Source: Octopus bimaculoides
Lineage: Eukaryota
NCBI RefSeq assembly: GCF_001194135.2
Contig: NC_068991.1
Location: 80,373,160 to 80,437,159, forward strand
Direction: 5' to 3'
DNA length: 64,000 bases
Positions within the stretch are counted from its first letter, which is position 1. The number at the start of each line of letters is the position of its first letter. Positions 13,504 to 25,279 of this stretch are shown one piece after another. The translations under genes were made by a program, and so were the position numbers. The notes below the pieces were generated by a model. The model searched no databases. It saw only the letters and a list, made by a program, of their open reading frames with translations, and had not been told where the DNA came from.

Positions 13504-14336
13504 CGTGTGTGTGTGTGTGCGTGCGTGTGTGTGGTGAGAGAGAGAGAGAGAGAGAGAGTATCTCTGTTGAGAATTAAAGGCAGATAGTCAATAGGTGACA
13601 ACAAATCAATAAAGATCGAAACTTTTCCAGCTGAGTCCATTTTGTTTTTCTGTTTACGAAGAGAGTTTATGATAGTTATTTTCGTCTATCCAGTGTATTT
13701 AATTCAGTTTAATTTACACGCACAATATTGGTTGGATTCTGTAGAATCATTCAGGAGCACAACGCCATCATCTATGTATGTGTTTAAGCGCGCACTCGTG
13801 CATGTATGTGTGTGTGTGTGTCTGTATGTTTGTGTCTGTATGTATGTTGGCTATATTTTTCTGATTAATATATTGCTAATGTAGTTGTCTCCATTCCGGA
13901 ATACAATTTACAAACTCTTTCCAGTCATTGCAAAATTTGTCACAGTGAATAATTAATATTTGTTTCTGTTTGAGAAAGAAACGGAAGTTGTGTGCATGTG
14001 TGTGTACTTGTTAGTGCATGTTTGTGTATGTGTATGCGTGTATGTGTGTGTAAATATGTGCATGTGTGTGTGTGATTAATGGATTAATTGATTATTGTTC
14101 TCCATTGTAATCCTAATCAATGTATTTCTATAATTTATGGTTATCACTTCATTACTTTTGCAAACTTCGTTTCAATTTTCAAAATTTTGTTCATGGATAT
14201 ATCATTAAACTAACAGAAAAAATTGATTATTTTAACAATTTCTAGAAATTTTATGTTGTTCTATATTTATTTCTCATTATTTTCTTTCTTTTTATATATA
14301 TATATTTTATTTTGTCTCTTTTGTTTTCACTTTCAG

Positions 14337-14409
14337 TGATAAATTATTCCCAACACTTGGATTTGGAGCTAGACTCCCAGATGGCAGCGTATCTCATGAA
14401 TTTGCTCTG
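14337..14409 (+). CDS. CPNE: Copine exon: DKLFPTLGFGARLPDGSVSHEFAL
   Basis: TTTCAG acceptor and GTATGT donor; 73 nt. Matches the copine DKxFPALGFGA...SHEF motif. Confidence 0.97.
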
Positions 14410-14871
14410 GTATGTCATTTGTCAATTCTCCTGCATGCTGTTCACTATAACATTTATCATGAATTTCGTTGTCTTGCTTACTTTTACTGTTAAATTTGGA
14501 TAAGCATTTTGTTTTAACGAAATAAATTACAGATTGTTTGTGTAAACTGTTCCTGTGTTCTATCAATTGTCATATTAATTCACAATGTCTCACATTATTT
14601 TTTGCCATAATTTTTATTTATTACCTAACATCAAACCTATCTCTACAGTTTTATTCAAACAATTATTGAGAATGCAAATAATCATTATATTAACGTTCAC
14701 TAACAACAAATAACTGAAAAAAGAAAAGGTATGGGTAGTTGAATGGAAGGGTGCATCTATGTATTTGAATTCGTTTGTACGTCGATGCAAATTCAGATAT
14801 CAGGCAGATGTGTGTTGGTTCTATGCAACAAATATGGGTTTTAAAGAATGGTCAGTTTATAGATTTATATA

Positions 14872-15083
14872 CGAAGGGGTGCAGAAAAGTTCCTGGCTTT
14901 AGGGGCGTCGCGAAAGGCCTGGTCGGGAGCTCACCGAGTTCTTTTACAGGGTTTAGAAAAATTGAAGAACCGCTGCAATAATTGTGTGAATCTGGGAGGG
15001 GGATAACTTGAATAAAATCATAATTAACTGATCCGCTTTTATTTTCTTTTACCCAAAGCCAGAAATTTTTCAGCACCCCGTCC
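14872..15083 (+). mobile_element. Mariner-derived MITE (~212 bp) with TA target-site duplication
   Basis: ~29-bp TIRs CGAAGGGGTGCAGAAAAGTTCCTGGCTTT / AAAGCCAGAAATTTTTCAGCACCCCGTCC, with TA on both sides. The interior retains a mariner C-terminus-like remnant (GLEKLKNRCNNCVNLGG). Confidence 0.85.
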
Positions 15084-16454
15084 TATAACATCCATCATTA
15101 AGGGAAATACTAGACGTTGTGAACTTCATTCACTTATTGTTAAGCTGATAATCTATTTGTTACGATACTCTAGTATGCTGCTGTTAGCGGATCTTTGTCA
15201 TTTACATGACACATTCACACACACACACACATCGTAATGTCTTTTTTCTTTTGTTTGATTATTTCGATAATGATGTACCACTATTTTCCTTTCTGACGAC
15301 AAATACGTCATTTGCAAATAGCGGAGCTAATTAAATAAATAATTCCATTCCTCACAAGTAAGGTTACTGTTTCAACTTTGCTGCAATTTTGTTCTCATGT
15401 TGAATAAAATGACAGATTGATAGCAAATAAAACAAAAAGAAAACAGCTATGAACTGATTCATTGCAAACAACCAAAGATATTATATTCCGCTCAGAAACA
15501 ATAAAAGTATATATGAGAGGTCTATATCATATTACTATATTCGCTGTTACAATTCTAGTTTTGTTTGTTTGTTTTTGTTTTTTGCTTTTGATAAATGTTT
15601 GCTCTTTTATTTTCTGCTTATCATTGTGTAAGATAGATAATTCAGCTTGACATTTTCCCAATGGAGAAATGACTGGAATATAGAAAACGAGTTGCTATTT
15701 TAGCTACAATCTTATACTACAGCCAGTTGTAGTTGAGTATATCAATATAATCCCAGATGTCGTTGATTAAAAACAGAACATTCGATTTGTGTTTATCGTC
15801 GTAGCATATTGTCTTAAAATGGAGAAATTAAAGCGAGTGGCCAAAATGGTTTAAAGATGTCTACTCTGAATAATCCAAAGAAATATAACGACTCTCACCT
15901 TGTTGGCTTCAAATCGAATCCTTTACGTGTCGAGTTTTAGTATAAATGACTAAATATTACAAGCTGTAATAAGTGACGCTTTTTTGCAACATCAATCGCA
16001 TCGCTAACATTTTAATGTCCATCTTTCGACGCTGGCATGATTTCTACGACCACTAATCCTGAACTTTCTTCGGCTCTTCTGGATATCCAAGCGCTTTCCT
16101 ACGTCTCTTTCTCATTACGTTTGCCTAAATTTTGTTAGGTTACTTTCTTCTTCGGTAATCTTCAACTGGGGGTGAAGAAATTAAGTTTAAATAACTATGT
16201 GTTGTGAGAGAGACAGAGAAAGAGGGAGAGAAAGAAAGAAAAGTACTATCACAGTAATCTAATCTTAAGGATTTAACAAATGCTGAATCTAATTGATTAG
16301 ACGACTCTATCTTTCATGCCAGGCGCTGAAAGCTCGGTGATCAAATAAATTATGTTAATGTACGACCAACGCTCCGCTATCCTCTATATAATGTCAGATT
16401 TAGCTTAATCATATTTTCAGTTTCCATAAATTATTGCTCACTGCTGTCTCTCAG

Positions 16455-16905
16455 CCAAACATGTGGTCTTCAGTCCGGTCTCACTGTGTGGCATCTTCGA
16501 GAAGTGTCTTCAACTATAGCTCCGGACCGATCAAAGCCCTGCGAGTGAATTTGGTAAACAGAAAACCCATACAAATATGTGCGTGCGTGCATGCGCATGT
16601 GTGTGTATGTGTGTGTGTGTGCGTGCGCATGTGTGCGTGTGTGTGTGTGTGTATATATTTATAAATGTTTATATGTGTACGTGTGTGCGTACCTTTGTAT
16701 TTGTGTTGCATTCGTACCTGCCACCGCTTGATAACCAATGTTGATTTGTATTACGCCCCCATAAGGTAGAAGTTCGGCAAAAGGAACCGATAGCACACGA
16801 AACCAATAAAAACAAGTACTGAGATCGATTTGTTTGACGAAACCCTTTCAAGCGGTGCTCCAGCTTGGCTGCAGTTCCGTAAAAAAAAAACAAGTAAAAA
16901 ATAAA
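16455..16905 (+). mobile_element. SINE family S2 with internal (GT)n and ...CCAGCATGGCC...CTGAAAC-type tail
   Basis: Collinear with 19720-20160 (-), 20822-21225 and 38735-39102. Confidence 0.7.
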
Positions 16906-18346
16906 AGATTAATATAAAATTCCTCTTCACGTTTTTGTGTTTCTAGATTTAAACAGCTTCAATGTGTTTTTTGTGTGATTTACTTTTTCTAACGATGCCC
17001 CTTCCTTTTCCTTTCTAACAACAAATATCCCATTAGCAAAGAGCAGGGCCAATTAAATGCACAGATCCATTCTTCAGAAGTAAGGTTGATGTTTTAACTT
17101 TGCAGTAAATTCCTTCTCATGTTTAATAAAATGACATTTTCATAGCAGAAATAAGCACTAAATTTATTTATTGCAAACAAGGCAAAGATATATTATTATT
17201 ATATTCTATCCAGAAACAATAAAAGAATATGTGACAGGCTTTATTATAACACTACATCCGCTTAACTGTGAATGTAATGTTATAACTTGTTTGTTTTGAT
17301 ATTTCTATTAACTAAACGTTTTCTCCATTATATTCTGCTTGACTGAAGCAAGTAAAAGAATATGTATNNNNNNNNNNNNNNNNNNNNNNNNNNNNNNNNN
17401 NNNNNNNNNNNNNNNNNNNNNNNNNNNNNNNNNNNNNNNNNNNNNNNNNNNNNNNNNNNNNNNNNNNNNNNNNNNNNNNNNNNNNNNNNNNNNNNNNNNN
17501 NNNNNNNNNNNNNNNNNNNNNNNNNNNNNNNNNNNNNNNNNNNNNNNNNNNNNNNGCTTGTCGCTAATTCAGTTCTTAACCAAATTGAAAACTGTTAACA
17601 TTTTTTAAGTGGTCCCTAGATACATTTTGGCATTAAAAAAAATTGAGATTTGGTCCAGTAGAAGAAAGTTTACATCAAAATTTGTAGCAACATTACAGGA
17701 GAGCAAGAAAAGCCTCCAATCAAGTTTAGATCTAAATAACTTTTTTTTAATTTTAAAAGCAAAATATATTTATCTTAGCTTCAATGATAGAAGAAAGCAT
17801 GAGGAATTTCAGAGTTTTGGTTCCCTGCAACAAAAGTTTGTTTTTAAAAAAGTTATGAGGTAAAATATTTTTTAAAAATATAAGGCAAAAAATTGGTTTT
17901 AAGTATAATTAGCTTTTTTTATTTTAAAAACAAAATATATTTTGATTAAGATTAAATGATAGAGCTCAATTTGGGGAATTCAATGGTATTTATCTAATGC
18001 AATGAAGTTTTAAAAGAAAAAAGTTATGTGTTTGTTTCTCAATGGTTATAGTTCTATAGGGGGATTTTTAATATGTCACCGGTATCATTTGGGATAAGAA
18101 AAAAATTATCAACGACACCGCTAATTGACACATTTGACTCATTATTAATTAGCATAATAGCATAGCCTGGAAAAAACATGGGTTAATGGGGAAATGCGAG
18201 CAAGAGAAATAATATAAACTTGGAAAGTCCAGCACAATTTATTACACTTGGACAAGTTATTATATCTGGTAAAATACAGAAGAACAGGAAATGTTTACTT
18301 AAAATATTGCAGCTAAGGATATTATTTCTCTTGCTCGCATTTTTCC

Positions 18347-18381
<35 letters not shown>

Positions 18382-18592
18382 ATCGATCCCAAAAGAACGT
18401 TGTCGACTTCGGGGAAACTTGAACACAGAACGTGAAAAGCGCGTGACAAAATGCCGAAAAGCAGTTTGTCTGATGCGCTACCGATTCTGCCAGCGTTGTC
18501 ATTAATCGTATATTACAATAATGGAATTTTTGAGATTGAATCTGTTTGTATGTTGTGGTAAGAAGTGGTACTAATATTCCAATACCGACTAA

Positions 18593-18825
18593 GGCGGTGA
18601 ACTGGTAGAATCGTGACCGCACCGAACGAAATGCTGAGCAGCATTTCGTCCGTCTTTACGTTCTGAGTTCAAATTCCACCGATGTCGACTTTGCCTTTCA
18701 TCCTTTCGGGTCGATAACATAAGTACCAGTTGAGCACTGGGCTCGATGTAATCGGCTAACTCCTTATCTCGAAATTACTGGCCTTGTGCCAAAATTTGAA
18801 ACCAATATTTCAATACCGAGCTCTT
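18593..18825 (+). mobile_element. SINE family S1 (GGCGGYGAGCTGGCAGAA head; GTTCTGAGTTCAAATTCC B-box-like; CTTTCATCCTTTCGGGGTCGATAA core)
   Basis: More than 15 diverged copies in the window share these blocks. Confidence 0.75.
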
Positions 18826-19297
18826 GCTTGAGAGAGTACATTTTTGCTCACTGCTTATGAAGTTTATCCTTTAGAACTCATAGAATTTAATAATTAATTC
18901 TTATCAACACAAACCATCATCAGCTCCCTGAGTCTATGGTCCTTTTCTTTCTGTTTTTGTTTCGTTTTTTTTTTTTTTAATATACTTCTAAAAAACCTAA
19001 AACCAAAGCATACAGTTTCGTGACAGAATCGCTAAAGCATCGGGAAAAATTGCCTGACCGTATAGATTCTGAGTTCATATTCTGCCAACGCCAACTTTGC
19101 TCTTCGTCTCCCACTCCATGATCGATTAAATAAAAGACCAGGGAAATTCTGGAGTCGATAGTATCGACTAATTACCTTCACTATAAATTGCTGGCTTTGT
19201 GCCTAAATCAGAAACCATTGTTTGTAGGAAGGTTATTTTTTTAATGAAATTCCTTAGAAAATAATTAAGAATAAATAATGAAATACATATTTTCCAG

Positions 19298-19425
19298 AAC
19301 TGCAACCCTAACAACCCTTACTGCGCCGGAATTCAAGGCATTCTCCGGGCTTACTATGATTCACTGCAAAGAGTACAGTTATATGGACCGACCAATTTTT
19401 CCCCGGTCATCAACCACGTTGCTAA
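19298..19425 (+). CDS. CPNE: Copine exon: [42 protein letters not shown](K)
   Basis: TTCCAG acceptor and GTAAGT donor; 128 nt. Contains the VQLYGPTNF copine motif. Confidence 0.97.
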
Positions 19426-19719
19426 GTAAGTAGCTTTATATATCTATTGTATTTACTTTATGCTGGAACTGGTGAAATGAATGTGGCCTAGTGGTGACGG
19501 TGTGGCACTCTCGATCGTATTAATATGGTTTCGATTCTCGAACTGGGCGTTGTGTTCTTGAGCAAAATATTTTAATTCACGTTAATCCAATCCACTCAGT
19601 TATAAATAAGTTCCAGCAATTGTTGTGATGTTAACTCTACGATAGACCGGGTAGGGGTGTGTTGTGTATATATATGTGTGTGTGTATAAGTACATATATA
19701 TATATATAAATTATCTTTT

Positions 19720-19903
19720 ACTTGCTTCGTCAATAGACTGCAGCCAAGATGAGGCACCATCTTGAAGGGTTTAATCAATCGAATCAGCCCCAGGTTGTAT
19801 TTTTAAAATCCAGTTACGTACTTTATCAGTCTCTTTCGCAGAACCGCTATGTTACGGGGACATAGACTCAGACTAATACCGATTGCCCAGCAGTGGTACA
19901 AGT

Positions 19904-19987
<84 letters not shown>

Positions 19988-20160
19988 TCACACACATATA
20001 CACACACAAACACACACGACGGGCTTCTTTAAATTTCCGTCTACCACATTCATTCACAAGGCGTTAAGTGACCCGGAGCTACAGTAACAGATACTTGCCC
20101 AAGGTGCCACGCAGTGCAACTGAACTCGGAACCATGTGGTCGGGAAGCAAACGCTATTAC
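19720..20160 (-). mobile_element. SINE family S2, internal (AC)n
   Basis: Reverse-complement copy of the S2 block order. Confidence 0.7.
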
Positions 20161-20601
20161 TTCACTTGATTCCAAGTAGTTCTACAGAAATTCTCGTATC
20201 TTCTCTGCCGATGTACTTGTGTCAGAGAGGCGATGGTGTGGAACAGTGGCTATATAACCGCTACTGCTATCAGTTTAGAAATAAATGTTCCTATTTCGGA
20301 CCCTGTTTGTTACTATGTAGACATCCAGAAATAAGACAACCCTAAGGTTATGAATGAGAAAACCAATGAGACTTTGTGTAAAAGGAAAAACAGTTCAAAC
20401 ATTTTATTTCGAAAGATGAGATCAATAGTGTGAAAAACTATAAAAGTATTGTCAATAATTCGTCTCAGACTTTTATTACTCGCAAAGAAGCTTTCGTTTT
20501 CATGCTTTTAATATCTTACCAGAATCGAAAACATAAAATATTTTTGTTCAGTAAGAATTTATGGCCTCTTTTGTTTTGTTTGTTTGTATTTTTAATTTTA
20601 G

Positions 20602-20704
20602 ATTTGCAAGCAATGTTCAAGATGGCTCCCATTATTTTATTCTTCTGATCATCACAGACGGTGTCATAACTGACATGAACCAAACTATCAAATCAATTAT
20701 TCAG
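20602..20704 (+). CDS. CPNE: Copine exon: FASNVQDGSHYFILLIITDGVITDMNQTIKSIIQ
   Basis: TTTTAG acceptor and GTAAGT donor; 103 nt. Contains LLIITDG (MIDAS Asp). Confidence 0.97.
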
Positions 20705-20821
20705 GTAAGTCACAAGAACATTTCGATTGATTCAAGGAATTTTCAGTTGCATCACCCAGTTGTTATCAAACACAAATGATACAGACAACAGCAACAACAG
20801 AAACATTCTATTCTGATCATA

Positions 20822-21225
20822 GACGTGGTTGGGTGTGTTGAGAGCTGGCTTGCCAACCACGTCGACTTCGGTTCAATCTGACTGTGAGACTCTTGGAACA
20901 AATGTCTTCTATTATAACCCAGGCCAACCAAAGGCTTTTGAGTGGATATTGTCGGCGGAAATTGAAAGAATCCCGTTGTGTTAGTGTGTTAGTGTGTGTG
21001 TGTGTGTGTCTTTGTTTTAGTTTTGTGTTTGTCCTCTATCACCACTTGACAACGAGTGTTGGTTTGTTTACGACCCCAAAACCTAACGATACGGCAAAAG
21101 AGGCCGATACGATAAGTATCAGGCTTTAACAAAGGAGTTGATGTGTTCGACTAGACCCTTCAAGGCGATGACCGAGGGTGGCCACAGTTCAATGACTGAA
21201 ACAAATAAAAAAAAAACAAAAGAAT
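20822..21225 (+). mobile_element. SINE family S2
   Basis: Head, internal (GT)n and AATGACTGAAACAA tail. Confidence 0.7.
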
Positions 21226-21669
21226 AGAAACCTTCAGATGTACAACACAACCATTTCAAAGCACAGCGGCTGCACAAACAATCGATATTATTGATCACTA
21301 TATTACTCTATTGGAATTCTGCTGTGATGTACTGCGTAGATTCGGCTAAACATTTATTGTTTATACCAATAATTGGTTGAGTGGTCAAGAATAAATGATT
21401 GAGTGGTTTATACCAATAAATGGTTGAGTGGTTAAGAAGTTCGCTTCTCAACTACGTTGTTTCAGGTTCAGTCCCGTTTATATCCTACCACAGGTTCATA
21501 TATAAATTACGCAGCGGATCTATAATCAATGCGTTCACACGACGTACTTCGCGTGAATACCAAAACGTTCTTATTCTTTTTATTGGCCAAACAGAGCCGA
21601 ACACAGAAGGGACAGCTCATGGTGGGGACAGAAAAAGATAACCGGATGGAAAGGATGAATTAGATAAAT

Positions 21670-23100
21670 GAGAAATGAAATGAAGCCGTTCGGCCCCACC
21701 CCCGAGCGACTTCATTCAACCTGTTAATACAACTTCTTTTCAAAACATCATTTGTAACTGTTACCTTTCATCTTTCCGAAGAATGTCGCTGTCAAATTTC
21801 TTTAAAAGTTCAAGATAGCTTACCCGTTCTGGTATTGTGCTGGTGTCTATTTTCTTGACCCACCACTCAAAGTCCCCCTCATAATCCTTTATTCTCGAAA
21901 GATACTCTGGGTTTGCCACCGCACAATGTTAGTCCTCGAGCAATCCCCTAACTTTTCTTCGCTTCACTTTTATCGCTCTGTCCCACGAGTTTGTCTCATT
22001 AAGTTTTCCATTTTTGTCTATTGTACAGTATAACATATTTTTTCTCACAGGGCAAGGGTGGGGAAGTTTGCGACCCCTGTGTGCTTGTCTTTCTGTCAGA
22101 TGAGGCATGGAGTAGGTTGGTGTCTGTCGGGGGCTAGAGTGGGTGTGGGGTGGGAGGTCATCATTTAGAAAGTCTGCTTTTTTCCTTCTTTCTTTTTTCC
22201 AGCCGTTTCCCATCCATTTTTTTCTCCTTTCATTTCCTCTTCCACGGCGCTGGAATTGGTTTTCACCAGTGGTGAAGTTGCGATTTTCTTCCTGCTCCCG
22301 GGTTTCTCTTTAGTCTTCACGGGAGGTGGAGAACGGTCCGCTCTAATGTGACCTTTCAGGCCACATTTATAGCATTGCGGGATCCTGCCTTCAACTCTGA
22401 CCCTGCGTGTCACCTCTTCGACCGTGATGGTCTCGACCATATTTTCAAGGTCTTCCGGGGCCGCCTGGATTATCATATCTAGGTTCTGCCCTTGCCAGTT
22501 CTTATGGGGCGTTCTAGTGGCCTGGAGAACCACTACCTTCTCTTCCGTGCCCAGCAGTATGGTAGCTGCTAGTCAGGCTACATTTCTGAGATATATGTCT
22601 TCTACCCCAATCCTGGAAGCACCTCCACCGTTCCAAACTTTCTTCCTCTGGAAAGATAAGAAATCCCTTGCTAGATTGGTTTTAATGCCTTTTCGACTTG
22701 ATCGGTCAATATGATTTCAATTTTCCTTGTTGTTGCTCAGTACGTCCTGTAAATAATGTTTGTGTTTTAAACTTCTTGGGGGGACACTTTTACATCGTTC
22801 CCCTTCCTTTTAAGCATTTCTTTGAATCTACTCAACTCCTCCAGACACACGTCTTTGCTTTTCTTTTTCACCGCCTCTGTATAATTATTCGCCTCCATTG
22901 CTTCGTCTATTCTCTTCAGACTTTTAACCAGCTCTTCATCAGACGTCGTCAAGTCTGAAGAAGAACTCCAGCCTTCGTATTCCATTACAAAGGCACGAAC
23001 CTACGACGTTCCCCCATCAAGCAAGAGGGCAAAATACGCGTTTCACTCAAAGACAGCAGTTCAACAGCAATCAACAAGACGACTACCAAAATGCTCTCTG
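21670..23100 (-). mobile_element. Decayed gag/ORF1-only retroelement with CCHC zinc knuckle, 3' hairpin and (CATTT)n-like tail
   Basis: Broken reading frame from ATG 22985 to TAA 21761 (~400 codons), including YLSRGRKFGTVEV and EGRIPQCYKCGLKGHIRAD(R). No RT or endonuclease follows. A 16-bp hairpin lies at 21678-21717. Confidence 0.7.
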
Positions 23101-23146
23101 GCTTCTGCAGCCACTAAACAATAACAACAACAACAACAACAATAAC

Positions 23147-23183
<37 letters not shown>

Positions 23184-23308
23184 GTTTCAGATTTTGCCAC
23201 AAGGGTAGCAATTTTTCAGGGTGGGGATGAATCGATTACATCGACCCCAGTTTTCAATTAGTACTTAATTTATCCCGCTGAGCATTTTGTCCGAAGCAAT
23301 AACACGAA

Positions 23309-23505
23309 GACGGCGATTCTGGCAGAATTGTGAGAGCATCGCAAAAAATACATTGCAGGTTCTGAGTTCAAATCCCGCCGAGGTCAACTTTACCTTTCAT
23401 CCTTCAGTGGTCGATAAAATAAACTACCAGTTAACTACCAGGGATAATGATATCGCCTGGTCCACTCCTCTCAAAATTGCTGGTGTTGTTCCTAAATTGG
23501 AAGCG
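23309..23505 (+). mobile_element. SINE family S1
   Basis: GGCGATTCTGGCAGAA head and GTTCTGAGTTCAAATCC block. Confidence 0.65.
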
Positions 23506-23737
23506 ATATCGTTTACAAAACATTAAACAATGAAACCGCCTTTTATGTTGTAACTGCCATTGTTTTAGTCCTGTATTTTTTAATCCTTTGTTCTGCTTTT
23601 GTTCTGCTGCCATCAGATTAATCTTATTAACAAAAAGCCTGCTCGTATATTGCTTCATAATCTTGATCTTATATTTCTTTAAAGATTGTTGCAAAGTTTA
23701 ACAGAATTCTCTGAAATATATGTATTTCCTATTCCAG

Positions 23738-23795
23738 GCTTCCTACTTGCCAATGTCGATTATAATTGTCGGAGTAGGGAGTGCGGATTTTGAAG
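23738..23795 (+). CDS. CPNE: Copine exon: ASYLPMSIIIVGVGSADFE
   Basis: TTCCAG acceptor and GTATGG donor; 58 nt. Contains the LPMSIIIVGVG motif. Confidence 0.97.
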
Positions 23796-23904
23796 GTATG
23801 GGCCAGTGTTTTCCTTTCATTTCAGTTTTTCAGAGAAGCGCGGGTTAATCTTAACATTTTGAAAATAGCTCAAATTTAGCTACTTATGATAACTCTGGGA
23901 ATAT

Positions 23905-23922
23905 AAGTTTGATCATCATCAC

Positions 23923-23961
<39 letters not shown>

Positions 23962-24186
23962 TATTATCGTGATAATCTGGCAATGCCAGCAACGGTGATG
24001 ACAACAATGATGATGATGTAGCGGAGGAAGCGGAGGAAGAGAAGGAAGAGGCAGATGGTAGAGGTAGCAGAGGTGGTGGTGATGATGATGATGAGGAGGA
24101 GGAGGAGGAGGATGGTGGTAGGGGTAGTGGGGTAATGGCGATGATGATGATGATGATGATGACGACGATCCAACCACGACGACGAC
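23905..24186. repeat. Compound trinucleotide microsatellite (ATC/GAT/GGA/GGT)
   Basis: Directly visible; explains the poly-Ser/His/Asp pseudo-ORFs. Confidence 0.95.
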
Positions 24187-24768
24187 TATGAAGGGTGCGA
24201 GCAGGGCTGCAGGGTTTGTTCGGTTTGAGACGACGTTGTACCGATTTCAAGCTCTCTGCACGGCATATTCGACAAATGTCTTCTAAAATGGTGTCTGAAG
24301 CTGAACCGAACAATGTAAAAAATCTATTTCACTCCTGTTGGTGGTTGAGTCGAGTGATTCGCTCATCAACAGGAGTGAAATAATCAAAGAACAGTCGTGG
24401 ATCAGAGGCCGGCCATATTGTTTTGTTTCATTCTTCCAATTGTTATTCTTTATTTTGCTCTTTGAAATACTTAAATATTTTAAAATGTTAAATTATAGAA
24501 ATTATATTCAGAACTGGTTTGTTACGACGTTTCGTATACGAATGAGTCTAATGTAAACAACAATGCGATCGCAGATAGAAAAATAGGAAAGGGTGTATAT
24601 GGATATTTCATGAGTTCTTGATCTTTCTTCAGTGTCACATCCAACCGATTAAACATCTATGAACTCATTGCTTAAATTACCACTAAATGTATCGTTGTAA
24701 CCTTATAGGATAGGCCAATTTTACATATTAAACACATTCTTGGCAGCTGGTACGCTCATCTTAATTAT

Positions 24769-25049
24769 TTGTAGGGACACTGTATTTCGTTATGCAACCA
24801 TAATATTCTACAAAGTACATTAAACGCTTTATAAGTCAATACTGTGTCCTACAGTGTTAGCAGTGATATTAAATATACTTGTTAAGGTTATCTCTCTATT
24901 TATAATTTCTATAGAAAATCTGTAGAGATGACCTTAACAAATGATTTAATAGCACTGCTAACACAGTAGAACACGGTATTGAATTATAAAGCGTTTAATA
25001 TAGTTTGTAGAATATTATGGTTGCATAACATAATGCGGTGTCCCGACAA
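24769..25049. repeat. Long imperfect palindrome/foldback (~125-bp arms; weaker pairing extends to about 24754-25074)
   Basis: Left arm TTGTAGGGACACTGTATTTCGTTATGCAACCATAATATTCTACAAAG...GTTAAGGTTATCTCT is the near reverse complement of AGAGATGACCTTAAC...TTTGTAGAATATTATGGTTGCATAACATAATGCGGTGTCCCGACAA. Confidence 0.9.
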
Positions 25050-25205
25050 GTAATCAAATATTTTAAGATAAGCACAGTGTGTAATAATGATATAGAACAA
25101 CGTTAGGGTAAGAAATGCATTGATGATAAAGAAATAAAGGGAAATGTTGTGATTAATAAAGTAAAACAGTTTAATAATCAATTTAATTTAATTTTCATTC
25201 CATAG

Positions 25206-25279
25206 CAATGAATATTTTGGACTCTGATGATGGTCTGTTGCATTCCGGGCAACTGGTTGCCCAAAGAGATATTGTTCAG
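25206..25279 (+). CDS. CPNE: Copine exon: (A)MNILDSDDGLLHSGQLVAQRDIVQ
   Basis: CCATAG acceptor and GTAAAT donor; 74 nt. Matches the copine LDxDD...RDIVQ segment. Confidence 0.96.

Noticed and set aside
22900-22945. CTGATGA on the minus strand
   Set aside because: Lies inside the gag-like reading frame, with no paired stem II or GAAA.
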